From assembly GCA_037441385.1 (NCBI GenBank), contig JBBISH010000138.1:1-15310 (forward strand): a stretch of 15,310 nt of DNA, in the 5' to 3' direction. Every line of letters begins with the position of its first letter. The first letter of the stretch is position 1. The DNA comes from Myxococcales bacterium. GTDB taxonomy: Bacteria; Myxococcota_A; UBA9042. The notes beneath the pieces are model-generated. The model saw nothing but the letters and a program-made list of their open reading frames with translations, did no database searches and was not told the origin of the DNA. Shown in pieces: positions 7,770-14,724 of the stretch. Made by a program: the position numbers and the translations under genes.

Positions 7770-8783
7770 TCAGCCAAAGTAGTCCGGAACCACATGGCGC
7801 GCGACGAACGGGTCTAATTCGGCGGCGCAGCCGGTGCGCCACTCGGCCGCAGCACCACAACCACCCAGGCATGTTGCCTGATACGCACAGCCTTGGCAAA
7901 AGGCCGGAATGGCTTGCCGGAAGGCCGTCACCCCCGGCAGCTCGGACCAGCGTGCGCCATCGCCGGCGAACAGGTTGCCGACCGGGGACTTCTGCAGCGT
8001 ACACAAGCGCAGGTCGCCGTTGGCATTTAGCGCCGGCTCGCCCACCGCGGTGCCCGCCGAGCAGCTGCCAAAGCGGATGTGGGGGAACGCCTTCCGGTCG
8101 ATGACGCACGGCGGAATCGGCATGGTGCACGGCACCTTGAGGGCCAAACGCGGGGCAGCTTCGTCGGCGGCGCGCAAAGCCTGCAGCACCTGAGTGCGCG
8201 TCGGCAGCAGTTCGCTCGCGCTGCCCGTGGCGTACCCCGACGGGTTGAAGCGGTTGAAGGCCACCTGCTTGACGCCCGCCGCGGCAAATTGCTCAAGCAC
8301 TTCCTGCGCATCGGGCCAGCTTTTCGCGGTGCACAGGTACGAGCCCAGCACCCGCACCCCGGCAGCGCGCATCCGAGCAATCGCTGCGGTAGTGCGGACA
8401 TACGAGCCCTGGCCGCAGTGGGCGTCGTGGACCGCGGCCGAAGCGCCGGCCAGCGTCACCTGAATCCCCGCGACCGCCTTCTGCGCCAGAAACCGGATGT
8501 CCAGGTCTGGATCCGGCCCGCCGTTCGAGATGATCATCACCCGCCGACCGGCCGCGGCGACGGCGTCGATCAACTGGGGAAGATCCTTGCGGAGCAGCGG
8601 CTCGCCGCCCGTCAGCGTCACGTGCTCCAGCTCGGGGTCGGCGAGCACGAGGTCCAGGACCCGGCGCAGCTCGGCGGTGGTGGCATCGGCCAGACCCTTG
8701 CCGCCGTCGTCGCGCCAGGCGTTGTAGCAATACGCGCACTTTTGGTTGCAGTGCGCGGTGACTTCCAGGGCGACGGACTTCAT
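7770..8783 (-). CDS. Radical SAM/SPASM domain protein (PqqE/AlbA-like peptide maturase superfamily)
   Basis: Start reassigned to the ATG at 8783 (MKSVALEVTAHCNQKCAYCYN). It has LTGGEPLLR and IISNG, plus the SPASM cysteines CSAG..NGDLRLC..CQGC..TCLGGC..LDP. 337 aa. Confidence 0.93.
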   Translation of the reverse strand: MKSVALEVTAHCNQKCAYCYNAWRDDGGKGLADATTAELRRVLDLVLADPELEHVTLTGGEPLLRKDLPQLIDAVAAAGRRVMIISNGGPDPDLDIRFLAQKAVAGIQVTLAGASAAVHDAHCGQGSYVRTTAAIARMRAAGVRVLGSYLCTAKSWPDAQEVLEQFAAAGVKQVAFNRFNPSGYATGSASELLPTRTQVLQALRAADEAAPRLALKVPCTMPIPPCVIDRKAFPHIRFGSCSAGTAVGEPALNANGDLRLCTLQKSPVGNLFAGDGARWSELPGVTAFRQAIPAFCQGCAYQATCLGGCGAAAEWRTGCAAELDPFVARHVVPDYFG

Positions 8784-9050
8784 GCCGGTCAGGTTACACC
8801 CCTGGCGGGGGCGGGCCAAGCGGGTGTGGCGGAGTGGTGACGCCACGGGCGGGCGTGTGGAGACCGGGGGCGTGGCCCTTTGAATAGGCGCGAGGTGGCG
8901 GCGGGGTCCGCCGCCTTGGGAACTGCGTGTTCGTTGCGCAGGCCAAGTTCCGATGCCAACGCCCGCCGTCCCACTCAGAGCGCCAGGGGTAGCGGCTGGC
9001 CTCTGTGCCGGTCGCCCAGTCCGCGCCAGCCTGCGGCAACCGTCGTTCCC

Positions 9051-9150
9051 GGGCTGGGGCCGCGCCATCGCAAATCCGTCATTGCGGCGAAAGCCGCAAT
9101 CCAGGGGCGAACCTCCGGTCGTACCAGAACCCATGCACTGAGGGGGCCAC
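9051..9150. repeat. REP-like element, copy 1 (core hairpin ATTGCGGC-GAAA-GCCGCAAT at 9081-9100)
   Basis: Perfect 8-bp stem with a GAAA loop. Flanks are shared with the copies at about 12264-12355 and 14521-14580. Confidence 0.8.
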
Positions 9151-9225
9151 ATCGCTCCCGCGTCACCTTGACCACCCCCACCGCCCGCCGCAGCCTGGCC
9201 CGGTCACTCATCTATCGAGGCCCCC

Positions 9226-9500
9226 ATGCCCGCCTGGCGCCGCACCCACCTGCACCCCGGCCTGTACGACAAGCCTGTGAGCGAGCGCCTGGCCCACGAG
9301 TTGGAAAAGCTGGGCCCGCAGGCGCACATCGCGCAGCTGCCGAAGGGGCCGACGCCAACCCGAGCCTGGAGGCCCACTTGGGCGAGGCGGTGGCGCTCGC
9401 GCTGCAGGCTACGGCCAGCCACGACGACCACGGCGCGACCACCCGGGCGCTCGTGCAGGACCTGCTGGCGGTGATGCACAAGCACGCGCCGCGGAGCTTG
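9226..9500 (+). pseudogene. Frameshifted, truncated N-terminal gene fragment, possibly of a PLD/helicase/DUF3427-type protein
   Basis: LHPGLYDKPVSERLAHELEKL..QLPKG continues in another frame as ADANPSLEAHLGEAVALAL..RALVQDLLAVM if one G is added to the GGGG run at about 9345. The family resemblance is from memory only. Confidence 0.35.
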
Positions 9501-9590
9501 CTTGCGTCGACCAGTTCACGCGACCACGGTTGCCAGCGCAAGCAGGCCCAACGCAACGCAGCGAGCGGGCTGGTGACGTGGTTGCCAGGT

Positions 9591-10009
9591 CTAGCCCGCG
9601 GTGGCCCTGGCCAGCTGCAACTGCGCTGCCAGCCAGTCCGTGGCGGCCGTGGCAATGGGCAGGAATTCCATGGCCTCATCGCGGGTGATCTGCGTCACGC
9701 GCAGGCGCGGAACCTTGTCGTCGATGGCGAACGGCGTCAGCGCATCCAGTGCTTCAACGGGAAGTTCCGGCGCGAGGCCAACGTGCGCGAGCGCATCGAA
9801 AAGCCGCGTCAGTTGGTGGGTCCGCGGTGGCTCCACGCCGCGCAGAACCAGGGCGCCCTTTAGTGCTTTTCTACGGCCTGCTGGCAGTGGAAGGCAATCG
9901 CCCAACCATGCGCGGTGCTGCGTCCGACGCACGCTGCGGCCACCTCGCAGTCGATCCGCGCGAACTCGAACCAAGGCGCGGCAAGGTCGAGCAGCTCGTC
10001 ACGGGGCAT
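9591..10009 (-). pseudogene. HEPN-domain toxin with a 1-nt frameshift (pseudogene or sequencing error)
   Basis: The N-half MPRDELLDLAAPWFEFARID..AFHCQQAVEK and the C-half ALKGALVLRGVEPPRTHQL..LTPFAI are in different frames. Adding one base at the T-run 9867-9870 restores FHCQQAVEKALK. The start overlaps the stop of the upstream MNT gene. Confidence 0.85.
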
Positions 10010-10340
10010 CGTGCAGGAGCTCCCGGCCCTCGCAGGCGATGCGGTGCTCGAAGGCCGGTGCAACTTGGCTGAGGCGCCGCCAGTCGGCTAGCGACTCGGT
10101 CAGGATGTCGAAAGTGGCATCCAAACCGCGCAAGGCCGCGTAGATCGCCCCCGCCGTGCGCCAATTGACCGGGCCAGGCAACACGACCAGTAGGTCGTAG
10201 TCCGAATCGCCGCTACCGGTACCCCGAGCCCGCGACCCAAACAACACGAGGTGCGCGGGAGCGAATTGCCCACGGATCCGGCGTACGGCTTCGTCCAGAA
10301 TCGCGTCTGCTTGCGGGTTGTTGGCGGTCGGCGTAGCCAT
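9999..10340 (-). CDS. Minimal nucleotidyltransferase (MNT) antitoxin 1
   Basis: LVLFGSRARG..SDYDLLVV..FDIL motifs. It is translationally coupled to the HEPN gene. The start was set at MATPTANN. Confidence 0.9.
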   Translation of the reverse strand: MATPTANNPQADAILDEAVRRIRGQFAPAHLVLFGSRARGTGSGDSDYDLLVVLPGPVNWRTAGAIYAALRGLDATFDILTESLADWRRLSQVAPAFEHRIACEGRELLHDAP

Positions 10341-10427
10341 GTCGAGTGCCTTCACGGCCCATGCTGGGGGTGGCATGGCAAGCGGTCAAGCAGCGAATTC
10401 CTGGCGCCGCGTTTCAGCTGCCCGGCC

Positions 10428-10479
10428 AGGGGCGGAGCTTCCATGCCCGCCCGGTTCGGCTGCGGATTGCGGGGCGTGG
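10428..10479. repeat. ~52-bp dispersed repeat (second copy at 12195-12246)
   Basis: AGGGGCGG[A/T]GCTTCCATGCCCGCCCGGTTCGG.. is present at both sites. Confidence 0.85.
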
Positions 10480-10486
10480 GCGGGCC

Positions 10487-10947
10487 GGCGGAGCGACGGC
10501 AGAACACCGACAAAGCGGCGTCAAGATAGCCCAGGGAATGAATTCCCGGGCTATCTTGACGCCGCCCCTCTACAGGGGCGTCGCCGACCCGCGTTTTGGT
10601 GAGTGCCCGGTCAACTCCCCGCTCCCAGCTGCGCCTCCAACCGCGCCACCTGGGCCTTCAGCGCCGTCAGGGCGTCCTGCACCCGCTGCCGCTGGGCACC
10701 GCGGAGCTTGCTCGCGTCCACCGTCGCCCACGCCTGCTGCCAGTCTTGCAGGTCCTTGCCCGCCTTGACCAATTGCGTGACCAGCCGCCCCGGCTGGTAG
10801 GTCGGCGCGGGCGGCTCGGCGGGCGGCGGCGGCGCCTGGGTGCCGGGCGTGCTCGGGTCGGTGTCGTAGTAGTGGCCGTCGTCGGCGCGGTGGATGGCGT
10901 CTTCGAGCTGCAGCACGGTCCAGCCCTGGCTCGTGGTGTCGAAGGCC
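10487..10947. repeat. ~460-bp direct repeat, copy 1 (hairpins plus the 3' half of the hypothetical gene)
   Basis: Aligns by eye with 14725-15186 at high identity, offset about 4238 bp. Confidence 0.93.
10515..10565. repeat. Long palindromic REP-like element, possibly a terminator for the 10611-11321 gene
   Basis: Perfect 18-bp arms GCGGCGTCAAGATAGCCC / GGGCTATCTTGACGCCGC enclose an inner GGGAAT-GA-ATTCCC. The hairpin CGCCCCT-CTAC-AGGGGCG overlaps its right end. Confidence 0.85.
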
Positions 10948-11321
10948 AGGCGGGCGCGCAGGTTCGGCTCACCCACGCGGGCCAGGCTGACGATGTGGTT
11001 GAATTTCAGGGAGTCGCGCACGCCCGGTGGCAGGCCATCCCAGGCGATGCGGGCGAGGATGCACTGGCGGGCCAACACGGTCGAGATGCCCACGTCGCTC
11101 AGCTCGTCTTTGCAGAGCTTGGCGAACAAGGCGAAGCTGGCCTCTTTGTCCGGGTTTTTGTCGTGGTAGGCGTGGGCGCTGCCGCCAAAGAAGCGGTCGA
11201 GGAACAGCTTGCCGGCCTGCAGGCGGAAGGCCAGCAGCAGGTCGCGGGACAGGCGGTTGAGTTCGGCGAGCATGTCGGCGTAGTCGTCTTTGGTTTTGGC
11301 TAGTTGTAGCTCGCTGGTCAT
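10611..11321 (-). CDS. Hypothetical protein (helical, possible DNA-binding module, Pro-rich linker, C-terminal coiled coil)
   Basis: Strong RBS AAGGAG before the ATG; 236 aa. The segment LKFNHIVSLARV..RARLA..GWTVLQLEDAI loosely recalls ParB-like/DUF1016-N helical regions. A paralogous fragment lies at 14850-15186. Confidence 0.85.
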   Translation of the reverse strand: MTSELQLAKTKDDYADMLAELNRLSRDLLLAFRLQAGKLFLDRFFGGSAHAYHDKNPDKEASFALFAKLCKDELSDVGISTVLARQCILARIAWDGLPPGVRDSLKFNHIVSLARVGEPNLRARLAFDTTSQGWTVLQLEDAIHRADDGHYYDTDPSTPGTQAPPPPAEPPAPTYQPGRLVTQLVKAGKDLQDWQQAWATVDASKLRGAQRQRVQDALTALKAQVARLEAQLGAGS

Positions 11322-11542
11322 GGCGCTCCTTGGGGCCGTGGAGGGTTGGGTGCGAGCTTTTCATCATTGACCACCTGCCGTATGTTCGAAAGCTTGCAGG
11401 TTGGCCCGTCGTGGTGGGGCGGCGGGGTGGGTCGATGGTGCGCTTTCGTGCGGGTTTGGGGAAGGGGGCGGAGCGCTCCGATCGGGCTGGCACACTGTTC
11501 GCCGTGCGTGCTACTCTGGGTGAGGTGCTCAGGGAGGTTGCT

Positions 11543-11866
11543 GTGACGCTCGACTCCGCCGCTCGCCAGCAGATTGCGCTTCGCGTGCGCAGGGTTCTGC
11601 CCCAGGTGCGCCAGCTGCTGTTGTTCGGCTCGCAGGCGCGCGGCGACGCGCGTGCGGACAGCGACGTGGACCTCTTGCTGATCGTGCCGGACGGTGAGGA
11701 CCGCACAGCCGCGGCCATCGCTGCTCGCCGGAGCCTCATGGGCATGGGGCGTGGCTTCGACCTGCTGGTGCTGCACGAGGCAGAGTGGCGGCAGCTGCAG
11801 GACTCGCCTGCTTTCTACCACCGGCAAATTCGCCACGACGCGGTACGGGTAGACACTGCAGCTTGA
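11543..11866 (+). CDS. MNT antitoxin-like nucleotidyltransferase 2
   Basis: GGGAGG RBS then GTG at 11543. LLLFGSQARGDARADSDVDLLLIV..FDLL; 107 aa. Confidence 0.9.
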   Translation: MTLDSAARQQIALRVRRVLPQVRQLLLFGSQARGDARADSDVDLLLIVPDGEDRTAAAIAARRSLMGMGRGFDLLVLHEAEWRQLQDSPAFYHRQIRHDAVRVDTAA

Positions 11867-11915
11867 CCGGCCCGAGGTCCAGGCGTGGTGGGCGCTGTCG
11901 GGCTCGGACCTGCCG
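11853..11915 (+). pseudogene. Vestigial HEPN N-terminus after MNT 2
   Basis: An overlapping frame reads TLQLDRPEVQAWWALSGSDL, matching MLPLEHPAVHAWWQLAG after MNT 3. The position equivalent to the ATG is ACA. Confidence 0.55.
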
Positions 11916-11968
11916 GTTAGCGACAGTGACACGAATAGTCCGTGCTGTTAGGACGTTGGGCGCATGAG

Positions 11969-12077
11969 CCCTCACCCCGCCGCTTTGCGGCACCCCGCTC
12001 TCCCGGCGCCGCCGGCGCCACTCGCTCGCTTCGCTCACCGCGGGGACCCCTCCTCTCCCAAAGCTTTGGGCGAGGGG
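11969..12077. repeat. CCCTCACCCC..CTCTCCC..GGGxGAGGG-type palindromic REP-like element
   Basis: CCCTCACCCC..GCCGC-TTT-GCGGC..CTCTCCC, followed by CCCCTCCTCTCCCAAAGCTTTGGGCGAGGGG containing the palindrome CCCAAAGCTTTGGG. Confidence 0.6.
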
Positions 12078-12194
12078 TAACTATTGATTTCCCAATGTGT
12101 CTGCCATTGCGGCGCAGGGTGCTGGCGGGCAATAGCCACTTAGCGCCGGCGGGCCACGGAAACAGGCTCGGCCGGCACGGCCGAGGGTCCGAGT

Positions 12195-12246
12195 AGGGGC
12201 GGTGCTTCCATGCCCGCCCGGTTCGGGTGTGGGTTGCAGGTCGTGG
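12195..12246. repeat. ~52-bp dispersed repeat, copy 2
   Basis: Matches 10428-10479. Confidence 0.85.
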
Positions 12247-12263
12247 CGATTCTGGTCGGGCGT

Positions 12264-12355
12264 CCGCGCCATCCAATAACCGCCATTGCGGCGAAAGCCG
12301 CAACCCGGGCGAGGACCACCGGTCGTGCCAGGGCCCATGCGCTCAGGGGCCACCT
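12264..12355. repeat. REP-like GAAA-loop element, copy 2
   Basis: CCGCGCCATC..CATTGCGGCGAAAGCCGCAAC..CCGGTCGT.CCAG..CCCATGC..GGGGCCAC, matching 9060-9150. Confidence 0.8.
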
Positions 12356-12451
12356 CGAGTCCATGCACACGCGACCGAGGCGCTTGCCAGGAGGCGGCGC
12401 GACGACTATTCTGCAACAACCGTCCGAGGTTGCCGGAGCCTGAGGCGCCAA

Positions 12452-12775
12452 GTGGTCACCGAACGCGAGCTCTACGCGACGTTCCGTGAGCGCTTGGCCC
12501 TTGCGGCTCCCGAGCTGCTCGATGTGCTGTTGTTCGGTTCGCGCGCCCGCGGCGAGGCCCGGCCGGACAGCGACGTGGACTTGGTGCTCGTCCTTCCCGA
12601 GGGCGCTGACCGGACCGAGACTTTGCTGCGCGCCCGCCGGGCGTTGCGCCATTTGGGCGTTGGCTTTGACCTGCTCTTGTTGAGCGAGGCGGAGTGGGCG
12701 CAGGTGCGCCGCGACCCCAGTTGGTTCGGCCGCGAGATCAGCCGCGACGCCCGGCGCCTGGATGTTGCCGCTTGA
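12452..12775 (+). CDS. MNT antitoxin-like nucleotidyltransferase 3 (paralog of MNT 2)
   Basis: GAGG then GTG at 12452. VLLFGSRARGEARPDSDVDLVLV..GFDLL..EAEW; 107 aa and collinear with MNT 2. Confidence 0.9.
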   Translation: MVTERELYATFRERLALAAPELLDVLLFGSRARGEARPDSDVDLVLVLPEGADRTETLLRARRALRHLGVGFDLLLLSEAEWAQVRRDPSWFGREISRDARRLDVAA

Positions 12776-12959
12776 GCATCCGGCGGTGCACGCTTGGTGG
12801 CAGCTTGCGGGAACTTGGCGATGTCGCCCGGCTGAGTTGCTGGTTCTTGGGCGGCACTCCCTGGGCCCCGTTTCGAACCTAGCGGAACTGCTTGCGCGCG
12901 TCGGCCCGGCCGAACCGAACCGACTTGACCGCCAGGAAGGCAACTGCTACAAAGTGTAG
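12762..12959 (+). pseudogene. Degenerate HEPN remnant coupled to MNT 3
   Basis: The ATG overlaps the MNT 3 end. MLPLEHPAVHAWWQLAG resembles the first HEPN helix. No FHxQQAxEK or THxL motif follows. Confidence 0.5.
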
Positions 12960-12981
12960 GCTTGCACTTGTAGATGCCTAC
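12925..12981 (+). promoter_or_regulatory. Candidate abiE promoter with overlapping inverted repeats
   Basis: TTGACC (12925-30), 17-bp spacer, TACAAA (12948-53) preceded by TGn. Inverted repeats CTACAAAGTG..CACTTGTAG and GTAGGC..GCCTAC. Confidence 0.5.
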
Positions 12982-13606
12982 GATTCGAACCATGCTGCAC
13001 GACGCCCGCTCCAGACACGCAACCGCGCTGCTCAACCTGATCGCCGCCCGCGGCGTCGTGCGCTCCATGGACCTGCTGGAACTGGGCATTCCGCGGAGCA
13101 CGCTGCAGCGGCTGGAACGCCACGGGCAGGTCGCCAAGCTCGGCCGCGGCCTGTACGCGCTGGCCGGTGCCGAGTTGGGCCAAGGCGCCTCGCTGGCCGC
13201 CGTCGCGCGCCGAGTGCCCGGGTCGGTCGTCTGCCTGCTGTCGGCCCTGCGCTTTCACGCGATGGGGACAGAGAATCCGCCTGAGGTCTGGCTGGCTGTG
13301 GACCGCAAGGCCCGTCGCCCGGCCATCGCAGGTCTGGCCCTGCGCGTGGTCCGGTTCAGCGCCACTCTGCTGACCGAAGGCACCGCCGTACACATTCTGG
13401 AGAACGTTCCGGTCCGCATCACCACGCCCGCGCGCACCGTCGCCGACTGCTTCAAGTACCGCAACAAGCTTGGCATGGACGTGGCGCTGGCCGCACTGCA
13501 GAGCTACATCGGCGGTCGCATGGGCGATCTCGACGACCTGTGGCGGCAGGCGGTCCTTTGCCGCGTGGCTAACGTGATGCGCCCCTACTTGGAGGCCATG
13601 GCGTGA
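12974..13606 (+). CDS. abiEi: Type IV toxin-antitoxin AbiEi-family antitoxin / transcriptional regulator (start may be 12992)
   Basis: N-terminal wHTH GVVRSMDLLELGIPRSTLQRL..LGRGLY, then VVCLLSALRFH and TPARTVADCFKYRNKLGMDVA..MRPYLEA. GTGA overlap with the next gene. Confidence 0.92.
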   Translation: MPTIRTMLHDARSRHATALLNLIAARGVVRSMDLLELGIPRSTLQRLERHGQVAKLGRGLYALAGAELGQGASLAAVARRVPGSVVCLLSALRFHAMGTENPPEVWLAVDRKARRPAIAGLALRVVRFSATLLTEGTAVHILENVPVRITTPARTVADCFKYRNKLGMDVALAALQSYIGGRMGDLDDLWRQAVLCRVANVMRPYLEAMA

Positions 13607-14517
13607 CTTCGCGTCCAGCAGCGAATAGCCCGGCGTCGATTCATGGCCGGCTGCTTGTTCATGCCCGGCATTCGGGGCTCGACTTCCAGGCGGCGCTGGT
13701 ACGTTTTGGCAACGAGCGCTTGCTGGCGCGCATCGCTGCGTCGGAGCATGGCCACCGGTTTGTTCTCAAGGGTGCAACGCTATTTGCACTTTGGGCCGCC
13801 ACCCCGCATCGGCCCACGCGCGACCTCGATCTGCACGGCTATGGTGCCAACGCTCCCGAAGAAATGGCGGCGGTGTTCCGGGCAGTGTGCGAGGTGGTGC
13901 CCAGCGAGTTTGATGGCTTGGTCTTCCATCGCGACACCGTCGCCGCCGCCCTGATACGGGAGCACCAGCACTACCGAGGGGTGCGGGTGACGCTGTTGGC
14001 GACGCTGGGCAAAGCCCGGATTGCGCTGCAGGTTGATGTCGGCTTTGGGGATGCCATCTTTCCCAGCCCCACGATTCTGCCGGTGCCATCGATGCTGGGC
14101 CTCGCCGCCTCGCCTTGGCCGGCGTACTGCCGCGAGACCGTCGTGGCCGAAAAATTTCAGGCGCTGGTCCTACTGGGCATGGCGAACAGCCGCATGAAAG
14201 ACTTCTTTGACCTCTGGACCCTGCAACGGGAATTCTCATTTCAGGCGCAAGTCCTCGCTGAGGCCATCGCCCAGACCTTCGCGCGGCGCACTACTGCGCT
14301 GCCCGCGTCGCCTCCGCTGGCCCTCACGTCGACGTTTTGCGAAGACGCCACCAAAGTTGCCCAGTGGCGAGCCTTTCTCAACAAGACGAAGCTGCAGGCA
14401 CCCGACTTGCCCGGGGTGGTGGCCAGCTTGGAGCGGTTCTTGATGCCCGTTGCCACGCCTGGCTCCACCTCGCGCGAGGGCCATTGGCCGCCAGGCGGGC
14501 CGTGGCAGGCCGGGTAG
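13603..14517 (+). CDS. abiEii: AbiEii/AbiGii-family nucleotidyltransferase toxin
   Basis: ERLLARI..FVLKGATL..RPTRDLDL..YRGVRV..LQVDVGFGD..ETVVAEK..NSRMKDFFDL motifs. Confidence 0.93.
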   Translation: MTSRPAANSPASIHGRLLVHARHSGLDFQAALVRFGNERLLARIAASEHGHRFVLKGATLFALWAATPHRPTRDLDLHGYGANAPEEMAAVFRAVCEVVPSEFDGLVFHRDTVAAALIREHQHYRGVRVTLLATLGKARIALQVDVGFGDAIFPSPTILPVPSMLGLAASPWPAYCRETVVAEKFQALVLLGMANSRMKDFFDLWTLQREFSFQAQVLAEAIAQTFARRTTALPASPPLALTSTFCEDATKVAQWRAFLNKTKLQAPDLPGVVASLERFLMPVATPGSTSREGHWPPGGPWQAG

Positions 14518-14520
14518 TGC

Positions 14521-14580
14521 GGGGCTGGGGTCCGCGCCATCCACAAACCGTCATTACGGCGAAAGCCGCAACCTAGGCGA
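14521..14580. repeat. REP-like GAAA-loop element, copy 3, directly after the abiEii stop
   Basis: GGGCTGGGG.CCGCGCCATC..CCGTCATTACGGCGAAAGCCGCAAC. Confidence 0.75.
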
Positions 14581-14724
14581 GAGCCGTTGGCCGCACCGGG
14601 AGCTGTGCGCTGCAGGATCCGGTCGCGGTCGGGTTCGAGCATGCCTCTGTGCCTGCGACCGGCGCAGGTGCCGTCGCTGAGAGTCCGGGTGGCGATGCGC
14701 GTCCCGGCGCGTCGGGGTGGGGCT

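Noticed and set aside
7770..8783. Calling the SPASM enzyme pqqE, mftC or nirJ
   Set aside because: No pqqA-D, mycofactocin or heme d1/Ahb genes are adjacent. The motifs support only the superfamily.
8784..9152. 123-aa N-terminal extension of the rSAM ORF as a possible RRE domain
   Set aside because: It is Pro/Arg/Gly-rich, low in complexity and runs through a REP-like hairpin. The rSAM fold starts at Met 8783.
8880..9863. 327-aa plus-strand ORF as one real gene
   Set aside because: It is a composite of repeat DNA, a short pseudogene segment and the antisense of the HEPN gene.
11330..12451. ORF-track starts at 11330 and 12227 for the MNT genes
   Set aside because: The extensions cross intergenic or repeat DNA. 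RBS-preceded GTGs at 11543 and 12452 give matching 107-aa proteins.
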